A stretch of DNA of 64,000 nucleotides from the human T2T-CHM13v2.0 reference genome, Homo sapiens: assembly GCF_009914755.1 (NCBI RefSeq), contig NC_060934.1; one strand, given 5' to 3'. The notes beneath the pieces are model-generated. The model ran no database searches. It was given only the letters and a program-made list of their open reading frames with translations, and was not told the origin of the DNA. Of the stretch, positions 27,881-43,350 are shown one piece after another. Within the stretch, counting starts at the first letter, position 1, and every line of letters begins with the position of its first letter. Both the position numbers and the translations under genes were made by a program.

Positions 27881-27922
27881 GTAGGTGTAAATTTTTCTTT
27901 TCAGACAATTCTTATTTCTAGA

Positions 27923-28214
27923 TTTTTTTTTTTTTTTTTGAGACAGAGTTTTGCTCTGTCGCCCAGGCTACAGTGCAGCGATCTCGGCTCGCTGCAACCT
28001 CCGCCTCCCGGGTTCAAGTGATTCTCCTGCCTCAGCCCCCCAAGGAACTGGGATTACAGGTACCCGCCACCGCACCTGACTAATTTTTGTATTTTTAGTA
28101 GAGACAGGGTTTCACCATCTTGGCCAGGCTGGTCTTGAACTCCTGACCTCGTGATCCACCCGCCTCGGCCTCCCAAAGTGCTGGGATTACAGGTGTGAGC
28201 CACTGCGCCTGACC
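27923..28214 (-). mobile_element. AluS (Sg-like)
   Basis: Alu dimer. Confidence 0.94.
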
Positions 28215-29284
28215 AGAATTCTTTGTAATAACTTTAACCATATGTATTTTGCCAATCCCTGATTATAGCACTGTTTCTTATTTCTGATTATTCAGAAACC
28301 CTTTAAAGAAAGCATGGAAGAATAAAGCCTCCTCTATTCACTTAACTTTATCATTAATACTTTCATTGTCATCTTAATTCTTTTCCTCTATTATCCTATT
28401 TGTTTTTACTGCTGTAAATAAATTGTACATATTATATTGTACCTTCCTTTTGTCAGTATATATAAAAGTTTCCATTTTACTTCATAAATTTAATAAAGTA
28501 ATGTTTATGTTTATGGTCAAGTAATGTTATAGCTCCACTGAGTTAATTTAGTATAATCTACTTACCCATTCATATTTGATCTTTGCAATAGTTCTGTACT
28601 ATATCAAATTGGCAACTAAACATTTTTCATGTGTTTACTTTCTTCTCTATCACCACGGCCATTATTTAGGCTTTACTCATCTTTTTTCCTTTTCAGTTAT
28701 TTAGTCTCTTTATACTTTGCTTTCTGTCAATTACACAAGTAACACATGAATAAATAAATACATACATTCTTCTTCAAAGCCTCATTCTCTCAACAGAAGT
28801 AATTATCATCAGTTTGGTACATATACTTCTCAATATTTTTTTAAAAATGTGCTTACTTTCATATATGTGTACATGTAGAAATGTTCCACTTTCTTTAAGT
28901 GATGGTACATTAAGTGACGGCAAACTTAATGTACTATTATTAAGCAAAATACCTTTCTTATATTAAAACAGGCTCATAATACCTGCTTCTGTCCATTCAC
29001 ATATTTCTCTACTGGGCTTTACTGTAATATTCAGTTTCATATAAGATATGCTACCTAACACTGGTTTTACCAAGGATTTGGCTTTTTATTAGAAGCATAT
29101 AATTGAGAATACCATTGTATTAAATATATACTATTTTAAAACAGAAACATATAAGTAGAAACCTGAAACTAAAACTATAATGGAGTTAAAAAGTTCAACC
29201 AAAATTTCTCCATATAATACTAATAAAATTTTAATCCAAATGATTGAGAAATGAAGGTTTTTTTCTTTCTTTCTGGTATTTATG

Positions 29285-29790
29285 TATTTTTAACAGCTTT
29301 ATTTAAGTATAATTTACAAACCATAAGAGTCACCTGTTTTAAGTGTTTAGTGATTTTTAGTACATTTATATAGTTCTGCAACATCACGATAATCTAGTTT
29401 TAGAATATTTCCATCAACCCAAAAAGATTCCTTGTACCTGTCTCCACAGATTTGTCTTTTTTTTTTTTTTTGAGACGGAGTCTCGTTCTGTTGCCCAGGC
29501 TGGAGTGCAGTGGCGCGATCTCGGTCACTGCAACCTCCGCCTCCTGGGCTCAAGCGATTCTCCTTCCTCAGCCTTCTCAGTAGCTAGGACTACAGTGCGT
29601 GCCACCACGCCCAGCTAATTTTTCGTATTTTTAGTAGAGACGGGGTTTCACCGTGTTAGCCAGGACAGTCTCGATCTCCTCACCTCGTGATCCACCTGCC
29701 TCGGCCTCCCAAAGTGCTGGGATTACAGGAGTGAGCCACCGCGCCTGGCCCAGATTTGCCTTTTCTAGGCATTTCATATAAATGGAAGGG
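29285..29790 (-). mobile_element. L1MB 3' fragment split by an Alu
   Basis: aacagctttatttaagtataatttaca...ttttagaatatttccatcaacccaaaaag. Confidence 0.75.
29457..29750 (-). mobile_element. AluSc-like
   Basis: TSD cagatttg(t/c)ctttt. Confidence 0.94.
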
Positions 29791-30151
29791 ATGAGGTTTT
29801 TCTGATATATTTAAACGTCAGATTTGGCAGAAAAAAAAATCACTATTTTTTTTGCAGAAAAATTTTGCTGTTGAACTTCTTTCTAAAAGTTATTAACATG
29901 CTTTGTTCATTTGGTAAGAACATTTTGAATATAACAGAGCTCCTTCTCCTTCTTTACTTCCTACCCTTCCTTCTCTTCCTTTTACCAGTTTATGCTCTTT
30001 TAATATTTAACAATCTTTACTCTCAACAGCCCGGTTTCTCAGTACAGAATGCATGGAAGGTATGAGGAATTGGCCTTTCTAGTTCAACTCCACTAAATAT
30101 CCTGATAGTTTAACAGGAAAACAAAACACCAAGAAATCCAACATACTGAAC

Positions 30152-30452
30152 TTTTTTCTTTTTTTCTGAGATGGAGTCTCGCTCGGTTACCTAGGCTAGG
30201 ATGCAGTGGTGAGACCTTGGCTTGCTGCAACCTCTGCCTTCCGGGTTCAAGCAATTCTCTTGCCTTAGCCTCCTGAGTAGCTGGGATTACAGGTGTCTGC
30301 CACCAGGCCCGGCTAATTTTTTTTGTATTTTTAATAGAGACGGGGTTTCACCATGTTGGCCAGGCTGGTTTTGAACTCCTGACCTCAAGTGATCTGCCTG
30401 CCTCAGCCTCCCAAAGTGCTAGGAGTACAGGTATGAGCTACTGCGCCCAGCC
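30152..30452 (-). mobile_element. AluSx-like
   Basis: Alu dimer; TSD a(t/c)actgaac. Confidence 0.94.
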
Positions 30453-30485
30453 ACACTGAACATATTATATCCTCGAGATGTTTTA

Positions 30486-30845
<360 letters not shown>

Positions 30846-31466
30846 AGAAATCCATTTTATACAGATCTCCTAAAATCTGTAATGTTATCTCCAAATGTAA
30901 CTCCATCTCCCAAAAATTTTGGTGTCACTTTTGACTCCTCTTTCTCTCACAGTCCACATTCAATTCATTAATAAGTCTTGTTGGGTCTACTATCAAAAGC
31001 ATACTCAGAATCTGAATACTAACACCCTTACCATTACCACAATGGGCCAAGCCACTATGATTTTTTGCCTGGATTATTACAAAATCTAACGTATCTCCCA
31101 ACTTCAGCCCCTGCCTGGCACCTTCTCTTAACAGTCTATTTTCAGCACAGCATAGAGATTAAAACAAAAAACAGATGCAGTTAAAAGCCTCCAATGGTTT
31201 TCCATTTTACTCAGATCAAAAGCCAAACTCCTTAGTGGTTATCTTAGGAATTACAATTAACATCTTAAACTTGTAACAACCTAGTTTAATTTAATCTAGA
31301 TAACCACTAAGAAAATAACAGGAAAGAACAGAATCAAAATAGTACACCATTTAAAAAATCAACTAAATACAAAAACAGGCAGTAATTGAAGAATTCGGGA
31401 ATAAAAACATGTAAGATATAGAAAACAAACAGCATTAAAGGAAACAATCAAGAAAGTGACAACTAA

Positions 31467-31724
31467 GGCCGGGTGCCTATTATCACAGCACTTTAGGAGA
31501 CTGAGATAGGAGCATTACTTGAGCCCAGGAGTTAAAGACCAGCCTGGCCCACATAGTGAGACCTTGTCCCGACAAAAAAATTACAGATATTAGCCAAGCA
31601 TGGTACTTGGAGGCTGAAGTGGGAGGATCACTTGAGCCCTGGAGGTTGAGGCTGCAGTAAGCCAAAGTTGCACTGCTGCACTCCAGCCCAGAGGACAGAG
31701 GGAAGACCCTGCCTCCAAACAAAC
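31467..31724 (+). mobile_element. AluJ, internally deleted
   Basis: TSD-like agtgacaacta/agtgaaaacta. Confidence 0.88.
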
Positions 31725-31857
31725 AGTGAAAACTACAGAAGGAGAAAAATATTTGCAAATCATATGTCTGGTAAGGAGTTAATATCCAGAATACATAAAG
31801 AACTCCTACAACTCAACAACAAAAAGACAAACAATCCAATTAAAAAATAGGCAAAGG

Positions 31858-31934
31858 CACCGTGGCACATGTATACATATGTAAGAAACCTGCACGTTCT
31901 GCACATGCATTCCAGAACTTAAAGTAAAATTTCA
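31858..31934 (+). mobile_element. L1PA extreme 3' end (77 bp)
   Basis: ggcacatgtatacatatgtaagaaacctgcacgttctgcacatg...agaacttaaagta; TSD aaaaaat(a/g)ggcaaagg at 31842-31857 and 31935-31950. Confidence 0.9.
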
Positions 31935-33484
31935 AAAAAATGGGCAAAGGATTTTAATAGATATTTCTCCACAGAAGATAATACAATAGCCATGAAGTAT
32001 ATGAAAATATGCCATCATTAGCCATTAAGGAAATGCAAATCAAAGCCACAATATATACCACTTCACAACTACAATCATTATAATTTTTAAAAAGGAAAAT
32101 AATGTGTTTTTGAGGATGTGGAGAAATTTGAGCCTTTATACATTGGTAGTGGGCTCCAACAGTGCAACTGCTTGTGAAAAACAGTAAGATAGTTCCTCAA
32201 AAAGTTAAACACTGAATTACCATATGATCTGGCAATTCCATTTCTAGGTATATACCCAAAAGAACTGAAGGCATAAACTGAAACAGATACTCGTACATCA
32301 TCGTTCACAGCAGCATTATTCACAATAGCCAAAGGTGAAAGCAACCCAAATGTTCATCAACAGATAAATGGATAAACAAAATGCAGTATATACATACAAT
32401 GGCTATGATTTATCTATAAAAAGGATTGAGGTACTGACACACACTACAGCAAAGATGAACCTTGAAAACATTATACTAAGTGAAATAAGCCAGATACAAA
32501 AGGACAAATATTGTTATGATTCCACTTATAAGAAATATCTAGAATAGGCAAATCCATAGAGACAGAAAGTGGATTGGAGGTTACCAGGGGTTGGTGTGGG
32601 GGAAGGGGAAAAGGGTGGTTATTGCTTAAAGGGTACAGTTTCTGTTTGGAGTGATGAGAAAATTTTGGAAATTTTGGATAGGTAATAGTTGCACAGCATT
32701 ATAATTGTACTTAATAGCACTGAATTGTATACTTAAAATGGGTAAAATGGTAAATTTTTGTTATACACATTTTACTTTTGTTTTTTAAAGCCAAAGTTCT
32801 TACAATCACATCACATCCTCCAAAGTCTTTTAAATGGCATCTGAAGTCACTGGGACCTGACGCCTCATTATCTCTCTGAACTCATATCCCATCACTTTTC
32901 CTCTAACTTTCTCCACACTCAGGCCTCCCTCATGTTCCCTGAACACTTTGGGCATATCATCATGGCCTCTGCATTTGCTGATCCTTCTGCCTGAAATGGT
33001 CCTCCCCCTTATCTTCATTACTCACATCCTCCCTCCTTCAGGTCTTTGCTCAAATATTGCCCTCTCAGTGAGGAGTCCTTTGTCTACCCTTATCTAAAAC
33101 TGCAGTCTCTTGCACCACACTTCCTATCCCTCTTCTCTGCTGTATTTTTCTCCATAGAATTGTAACTAGTACATAATACATATTTTTTATTTACACTTAT
33201 TCTCTTCCACTAGAATGTAAACACAATAAGGGCAGACATTTTGTCTGTTTTGTTTAATGCTGTGCCCCTAAAACAGTGCCAGGCACATAGTAAGCAACCA
33301 ATAAATAATTGTGAATTAATGTATAGTAATTTATTCAAAATTCCAACATAAGACTTTTGACCAATTATTAAGACTTGCCACTTCTTAAAGCTTCTTCAAA
33401 ATTGGAGATGGCTCTATTTTTACTCTAAACTCTAAATTCTATTCTATCCATCTAGGATGCAATTAAAACTTGCTATTTTATTGC

Positions 33485-33748
33485 TTTTTTTTTTTTTTTT
33501 TTTTTTTGAGACAGTTATCTCACTCTGTCACCCAGGCTGGAGTGCAGTGGCACCAACACATGGTTCACTGCAGCCCTGACCTCCTGGGCTCAAATGATCC
33601 TTCCACCTCAGCCTCCTGAGTAGCCGGGACCACAGGTGCATGCCACCACGCTCAGCTAATTTTTTTTCTTTTTCTTTTTTTTTTTTTTTGTAGAGACAGG
33701 TTATTGCCGTGTTGCCCAGGCGGGTCTTGAACTCCACCATGCCTGGCC
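33485..33748 (-). mobile_element. AluJ with a left-arm deletion
   Basis: Alu motifs and a long T tail. Confidence 0.9.
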
Positions 33749-34294
33749 TGACTTTTTTCGTGTGTTATGTTGCATTTAGCATTGAAAATCATTCCTACTG
33801 TCCCTGCACATTATTTAAAATTTCCCTATTCATTTTAACAGATGAGAAAAAGTAAAATATTGAAAAAGATCATATAACAATTAAACGGGAAAACCAGGTT
33901 TCTAATTTCTAATGTAATTTTCTCTGTAGGAACTTATCCTCTGTTTTCTTGTTTTAAAATAATATGGTTTAAACTGATATAAGAATTAGAATAAGCAGTT
34001 CCCTCATTTAATTCAGTATTTCATGAAGAACAATCAGTTGGTTGAAAGACATTCAGTTTTGTTCAAGTGACCAAAGAACATCCTACTTGCTCCTAAGAAC
34101 CCGTTTCTTTGTGGTTCTTCCTGATAACCATAAAGAAAGAGAATAATATCATATAGCAGGTAAAAGTCAATTTAATCAAATACACTTTATAAAAACAAGT
34201 ACACAGAAATATGCATATGTCTCACTAACTACAGCTATTTATAATTAGTACAGCTATTTAGAATTAGCTCCACGCTCAGTACATAATTTGAATC

Positions 34295-34545
34295 CCAAAC
34301 TTACCAAGGTTTTCACCAAAAGTAAAAGCTGCTAAGCGTTAACACTGTAACACCTACTTGAGATAACTGAAGAACAGTTTTACATGCAAGGTGTGTAAGG
34401 AAAATAGAATATACTTTTGGTAAAAGATTATAAAAAGGCATGAAAATGTGGATTTTTCTTGCCTAGATTAAAGGGTTAAAAGATTGTTTTAAGTTAGATA
34501 GAATAAAGCTGAAGGTTTGAACAAGTTGTGGAAGGTTTACAAAGA
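34295..34545 (+). mobile_element. ERV1 (MER4-group) internal fragment
   Basis: aaggtgtgtaaggaaaatagaatatacttttggtaaaagattataaaaaggcatg resembles MER4/MER41-int sequence. Confidence 0.55.
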
Positions 34546-34689
34546 AAACTATTATGTAAAAATCTGCTTTACATAATTATGAACACTTATGCATAAAAGG
34601 AAGTGCTACTGAGTAGTGCAGTCTATGCCTTACTTCTAAGTACTCACTGGGTCCAACCATATTAATTTATTTCCATATCTTGACTTCTG

Positions 34690-36290
<1,601 letters not shown>

Positions 36291-36449
36291 ATTTTGTATT
36301 TTATAAAACTTCTTACTTTGAAATAATTTTAGACTTACAGAAAAATTGTGAATATAGTACAGTTTCCATATATCCTTACCTCAGCTTTCCTGAAACTTAA
36401 CCATACTACAAGTACTAAAACCAGGAAACTCACATTGATGCAATACTAC

Positions 36450-36965
36450 TGTCAGAGGCATTCTAACCAGAGTGACTCCATTTTAAGTGAGGGCTAGGAA
36501 AATGAAGCTGGGACTTGCTGGGCTGCATTCCCAGAAAATTAGGCATTCCTAGCCTCTAGATGTTTACATTTAAGGGAACAAATTAACAATGTTTACTAAA
36601 CAAACTCAGACTTGGGAGTGTCCAGATATCCTGATATCTGGAGAACAAAGTCATTCCTAATTTTGCTTTAAAGATAATAATATCAATTTTGCAAAATATA
36701 GTAATTAAGACAATTAACCCTTTAACACAAACCCTTGTAGCAGAACACACCTCCCCATATATACGAGTATATACCTAGGGTGGACGCGTTCCTCCTATTT
36801 TTGGAAATGTCCTACTCTGTTTATGTAGTAGCTGTACTTTCACCACTTTACTTTGTTAATAAACTTGCTTTAACTTTGCACTGCAGACTCGCCCTGAATT
36901 CTTTCTTGCACAAGATCCAAGAACCCTCTCATGGGGTCTGGATCAGGTACCCCTTTCCTGTAACA
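36450..36965 (+). mobile_element. MER41-family ERV1 solo LTR (MER41D-like)
   Basis: tgtcagaggcattctaaccagagtgactccattt...aataaacttgct...cctttcctgtaaca; 4-bp TSD ctac/ctat. Confidence 0.9.
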
Positions 36966-37635
36966 CTATTATCTAGAGACTTTGTCTAAGATCACTGCAT
37001 TTGGTTTTCAGATCTCTGTGGATACTTCCAATTTGTGACAGTTCTTCAGTCTTTCTTGTGTTTCTTGATCTTGACACTTCTAAAGAGTACCAGTGAGTTA
37101 GTTGTGAAATGTCCCATAGTTTGGGTTTGCCTGACATTTTCTCATGATTAAATTTAGGTTACGCTTTTTTGGGGTCAAGACAACCATGTAAGTTATATTG
37201 TACCCATCTCTGTGCATCCTATTGGGGGTAAATATGCTGATATATGTTCTTACTGGTAATACTAACACTGTTCACTTGGTTAAAGTGGTATTTGCCAAGT
37301 TTCTTCCCTATGAAGTTACCATTTTTCCCTATATAATTAATACTTATTCTGTGGGAATACTTACTAAGTATTCTGGGCATACTTTTACCAACTAATTTGA
37401 GCATCCATTGATAATTCTTGTCTGTAACAGTAAATGCTGGGGTGTTTATCTAGTGGTGATTTTTTTTTTTATCATCATCAGTCTTAACCTTTGTTAACTG
37501 GGATTCTACTGTTAAAAAAAAAGCTGTGCCTTCTCCCCTACTTGTTTGGTTATTTATTTATGTAGGTATAAATTCATGGATATTTATTTTATCCTACAGG
37601 TTAAAATCCCTTACTATCGTCATTCTGTTATCTAA

Positions 37636-38012
<377 letters not shown>

Positions 38013-38619
38013 TTGCCCACCTTTTTCTTCTTCTTCTTCTTTTTTTTTTTTTTTTACAGTATCTCTCAAAATTTTTTACAGTCTTACTGAAATATAATTT
38101 ACACACAATTCACCTATTTTAAGTGTACAACTTTTAACAAATGTATTTAGCTGTGCAACGTTCATCACAATCCAGTTTTAGAATACTTTCATCACTCCAA
38201 AAGTTCTATAATGTCTATCTGCAGTCAATCCCGGTTCCAATACCCAACTGCAGGCAAACATTGATTTACTTTCTGTGTCTTTAGTTTTACCTTTTCTAGA
38301 AATTTCATACAATATGCAGTCTTATGTGTCTGGCTGTTTCATTTAGCACAATGTTTTTGAGGTTCATCCATACCATCACATGTATCAGTTCTTCCCTTTT
38401 TTTAAATTGCCAAGCAATATTCTTTTAAGCACTTCCTTACTTTCTTGCACCACAGTGTTCTAGGATCATCCTCTGTTTTTCCTGTCCCAGACCTGGAACC
38501 AACCAACCATTTCTCTAGGCATCCCTATTTACCCATTGAGTTTTTATTTCAATTCCCTTTTTCATATTTAGAAGTACTATTTGGTTCCTTTTAAATCTGT
38601 TTGGCTGTTCTTTAAAAGG

Positions 38620-38990
38620 TATCAGTTAGGATATAGGCTAAGACCCTGTAACAAAGAGATCCTAAAATACATGGCTTAAATATGATAGAAAATGATTTCC
38701 TTCTCAAGTAATAGTCTAGAAATAAGCTGTGTAGAGCTGGTGAGGCAGGTCAACACATACTTCAATCTCTGGGTCCAAATTCTGCGGACTCGAGTTTTCA
38801 TCAATTATCAGTACACAAGAAGAGGACACAGGTAGGGGGCAGTACTCATGTATTGCTTTTTAAGGCAAAACACAAAGGTGTCACACATGACTTCTATTCA
38901 CAATCCACTGCCAAAACCTCAGAGGCCATACCAACGTTCAAGGAAAGTTAGTACATGTTGTTTCCAGCTTGACAGCCATATATCTATACA
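38620..38990 (-). mobile_element. Old MLT1-type LTR
   Basis: atcagttaggatataggct...ctgtaacaaagag...ggcttaaa. Confidence 0.55.
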
Positions 38991-39289
38991 ACTTATTAAC
39001 TTCTAAAATAATAGATCAGTCACTTAGTCTCAAGTTTCTAAAATGAGCCTTCATACAATCCTACCCTTTATTGACAGATATTTGAATAGTTTTATATTAC
39101 ATCAATAAAGTTCAATTAAAACATTTTCCAGGATTTTCACTCAGCCATTTGCAATGGATTATTTACATTTATCAGTATCTTTTCCTCTCTACAAGTTACC
39201 ACTTTCTCAAAGTAAAAGGATTAAACAAGTAAAAGAATACATAAGGAGTTCAACAATAAAAGTACACTGCTATAAAGCCTAATATAAAC

Positions 39290-39475
39290 TATTAGCTAAC
39301 ATTTGTTAAGCAGTGTATTTTACATATATAATTTCATTGAAACCTCACAATCACCTTATAAGATAAGGGCTTCTTATCTCATAGGTGAGAAAACTAAGGA
39401 TTAGAGACCTTATGTTACCCAAGATCGTAAAATTGGTATTACGGCAACCCAACTTTGAGTTCCTAGCCACTATGC
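39290..39475 (-). mobile_element. MIR
   Basis: aacctcacaatcacctt...ataggtgagaaaactaagg...cccaagatc. Confidence 0.65.
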
Positions 39476-39515
39476 TTTAAAAGTGAGTATTTTCTCCATA
39501 CTTTAAATTCTCTAA

Positions 39516-39834
<319 letters not shown>

Positions 39835-40750
39835 AACATATCTTGAAATTGATGGCATATTACAAACGCTGCTGCAGCAATAATAAGTGGCAATAACAAG
39901 GCAGCTGTCATTCCCTGTTTGTGCACAAAACCTGTAGTATTTGAGTTGGAAGAAAATCCTAGGAGCCTGGGCACAGTGGCTCATGCCTGTAATCCCAGCA
40001 CTTTGGGCCAGGCTGAGGTGGACGGATCACTTGAGGTCAGGAATTCGAGACCAGCCTGGCCAACATGGTGAAACCCCGTATCTACTAAAAATTTAAAAAT
40101 TAGGTGGGTGTTGCAGCACATGCCTGTAATCCCAGCTACTCAGGAGGCTGAGGCAGGATAATTGCTTGAACCCGGGAGGCAGAGGTTGCAGTGAACCAAG
40201 ATTGCACCACTGTACGCCAACCTGGGCAATAGAGCGAGACTCCATTTCAAAAAAAAAAAAAAAAAAAAGGAGGAAAATCCTAGGGACAAAGAGTTGGAAT
40301 AATCCTTTAACTCCTAAAATCCAAACGACTGTGAAGAGAGGATGAGGGCGGGGGATATCAGACATATTTAGCAACATTTCCAAAATAGGTATAAAAAATA
40401 AATTAACTCATCATAATTGCAAAGTGGCTTACGAATTCAGCACCAGTGGTTCTTGATTCTCTTCAGAAATACTGCATAGAGAAAGACTGCATGTAGAAAA
40501 ACTGAACACCAATGACTGAGTCAAAAAGTGATTCAAATGAGTCGGACTCTGAGTGTAAAGAATGTTAGCAATTCCTTAGCCAGTTGATTTCACAATGTAT
40601 TTTCATTTTCAGGTATGTACAAGCGTTATAAATAATATAATCTATGTCTTAGTAATTCCGATAGGGTTATTTTAACAAATATAAAAATTCTAAATTTTAA
40701 AAAGCATTGGCAGTATGTTTTCTTTTTAAGTAGTACATAAAATAATGGTT
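39835..40750 (+). mobile_element. Kanga1-like (TcMar-Tc2) fossil split by an Alu
   Basis: gcagctgtcattccctg, ggaagaaaatcc...aatcctttaactc and agtagtacataaaataatggt resemble Kanga1. Confidence 0.55.
39964..40268 (+). mobile_element. AluSx/Sz-like
   Basis: TSD ga(a/g)gaaaatcctagg. Confidence 0.94.
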
Positions 40751-41934
40751 CAGCCAACTATGAATAGCAGGAACAGTGATTACTCTATGATTCACTATAC
40801 AGCACCTTATGATTGGTATTATATCTCAAGAATATAACATCAATGAAATCATATTCCCACCCCCAACCCCATCTTCTGACCATGAGTTTATGCATTATGT
40901 AGGATGGAAATGTGGTGATTAACCCATTTTGTCACTTGGCACTTTCCCAATTTTTTCAGATTCATAAAGTATATTTATCTGCTGAGTTTCCAATTTATTC
41001 AGTTCCTGATTTTCTTTACACCTTAACCTACATATAGTTTGTAAGACTGAGAACTAAAAATGTTTCAAGTATTTAAGTTACTTTCTTAAATTAACCTTTT
41101 AACAATTTATTTGTATTAGCATTTCTCACTACTCAGCATTTTGGTGTTTCTAAGTTTTCTTGACTGGAAAAAATTATTACAAACACAAAGTTAAAAATAA
41201 TGTAATTCAGATTTATATTAACATAATTTTGTACTATCTAATAAAAGTGGAACGAACACTATACATTTGGTAAATTCTCTGTGTCCTTCCAAATTGTATC
41301 ATTCTGAAAGCTGAATTATCTAATAAATTAATACTCTCATTTTCATCTTGTCCTAAGTTGTTAAAGGAGGTCAACAGTAGAAAACAACAAAGATTCCACA
41401 TTTCTTAACAGGTATTAAAATATGACTTTAAAAAAACCAAAAAATTTAAAAATAGCACTGGAACCAGAAACCAAATAGAAGCAGGAAATTCTCAGTTACA
41501 AGACAGGCTAATAAACATTTTTAAATTAAGGATTTGAAATTTATCAAGAGGGGAGAAAATACTTGCAATCCTGTTCAAATATTTGTTACTGTCCTTCTAT
41601 AATGAATGTTTTCCTTTGTAGACCTTGACAAACTCTTTCCCAGGTCAGCATCTCTATCTAAAGGTGATAGACCAAAGATTTATTTTCAGACATGGACCAT
41701 AATGGAATACAGAGTTGACTTGATGCATGCTGTGCTACTCCCACAAAAATATTCCTGAAATTATTTTCTCAGGCATAGTTAGTATGTTCTCTGATTATGG
41801 TATGAAAAAAAAGATCAAATTGTTAGCCAAAGAGTTCTTTAATCATACCCTAATTTTTCTATATTTCTAATCTCTTACATGCCTTTTATTCCATCTGATA
41901 GTTTTGAAATATACCTTCTAAACTTTCCCCCTCC

Positions 41935-42075
41935 TTATTGAGGTCTAGTTGACAGTTAAATACTGCATATATTTAAGTTATACTACTTGATGATCTGATA
42001 TATGTATACACTATGAAATAGTCACCGCAATCAAGCTAATTAATACATCAATCACCTTACATAAGTATCTTTTAA
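41935..42075 (-). mobile_element. L1MA 3' fragment
   Basis: gatatatgtatacactatgaaatagtcaccgcaatcaagctaattaatacatc. Confidence 0.75.
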
Positions 42076-43139
42076 CATTTTTTTTTGGTTTCTAAACTTT
42101 TATACCATACTGAATAAAATAGTATTTTAGTTTTTCCTGATATGACACTGGACACATAAGTATATATGAGTATATATAATAACTATCTAATCTTACATGT
42201 AGCATAACACCTTTGAACTTATAATTTCTCTAGAGATATTTAGGAAACCAATGACTGCTAGTGAATAGTTCCCTTTTAACATTAGATTTGGCTGATCAAC
42301 AATTCAGTAATAGCTGGCAATGAAATAAATAATTATTTAGATATCTTCTATTTATGTCAAGTAACGAATTGTTTATCTTAACATATTTTACCTTTAGAAG
42401 TTAAAATCATTACAAAGAGACATATCTTATTCTTCTCTTTGTTATGTATTTATAATGACCAACTTAAGAGAAGTTTTAAGTCCTATGAGAAATCAAAAAA
42501 GCAACTGAAAACAGAATTTGAAGAATCTTTTAGTAAGAAATACTTGCTTAGAATAAATGATACATGAAAAACAGGGACAATTTTTTAAGCTCCTTCCTTT
42601 GAGAAACATAAAATATGCTGTACTTTAAAAAAATAATAATTTGTCACAACAAATTTCTGCTCATGTCAGAAACTCTTCTAAAACTTATTTTGAAAATATT
42701 CTGAAATGAGAAGTTTGACATCATAATTCAAATTACTTCTGCTAAAACTGTCATTAAAACTAAAGAGCAAATGGTACAAATATGAATATATGACATTAAA
42801 GATAACTAAATCATTTTCTAAACTTAAGACTTTTAGCTCAGCCTTCATGGTATTACAACTGATGGAATAACTGGAGGATATTAAGAGAAAACATGATTGA
42901 ATGTGTCATGTAAACAGATTTCAAATATGTAAGAAATTTCCAATTCTCAGAAAAACTCAAAAATTGGACTCTATAATTTAAGCTCACCCTCTCTCACCCC
43001 ACTTTTCCTTTATCCTCTTTATTTTGTATATATCTGCATAAAATTAAAAACTACATTCTACTGTAGTGGTTTACTGATATGGAGTGTGACCTAGTCTTTG
43101 TTTTGCTTTCAAGGGGACTTTTGTAAAATATAACATAAA

Positions 43140-43350
43140 TTACTAAAAGAATGAAATTACAAAACAAAGACATATAAAATATAACTCCAAATATTGTTAT
43201 TAGATTCCATAGGCATGCAATTACCATGTAAAATTGCTATAAAATTTTCTAAATGTTTATTCTCAATTTCCATACTTATTTTATTGCAAACAAGTAACAA
43301 ACAATCTGCAAACCAGCATGAGTCCACAGACCATATTTTGAGTAGCACTG
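43140..43350 (-). mobile_element. Charlie4/MER80-like hAT fragment
   Basis: gtaacaaacaatctgcaaaccagc...gtccacagaccatattttgagtagcactg. Confidence 0.7.

Larger units (their letters stand above)
31235..32786 (+). mobile_element. L1MB with 5' inversion and internal deletion
   Basis: L1MB ORF2 end and 3' UTR; flanking repeat aaagccaaactcctta (31219-31234) / aaagccaaagttctta (32787-32802). Confidence 0.85.
30890..33320 (+). mobile_element. L2a 3' part (30890-31230 and 32803-33320), split by an L1MB
   Basis: L2 3' terminus acagtgccaggcacatagtaagcaaccaataaataattgtgaattaat; the body is continuous across the L1. Confidence 0.85.
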
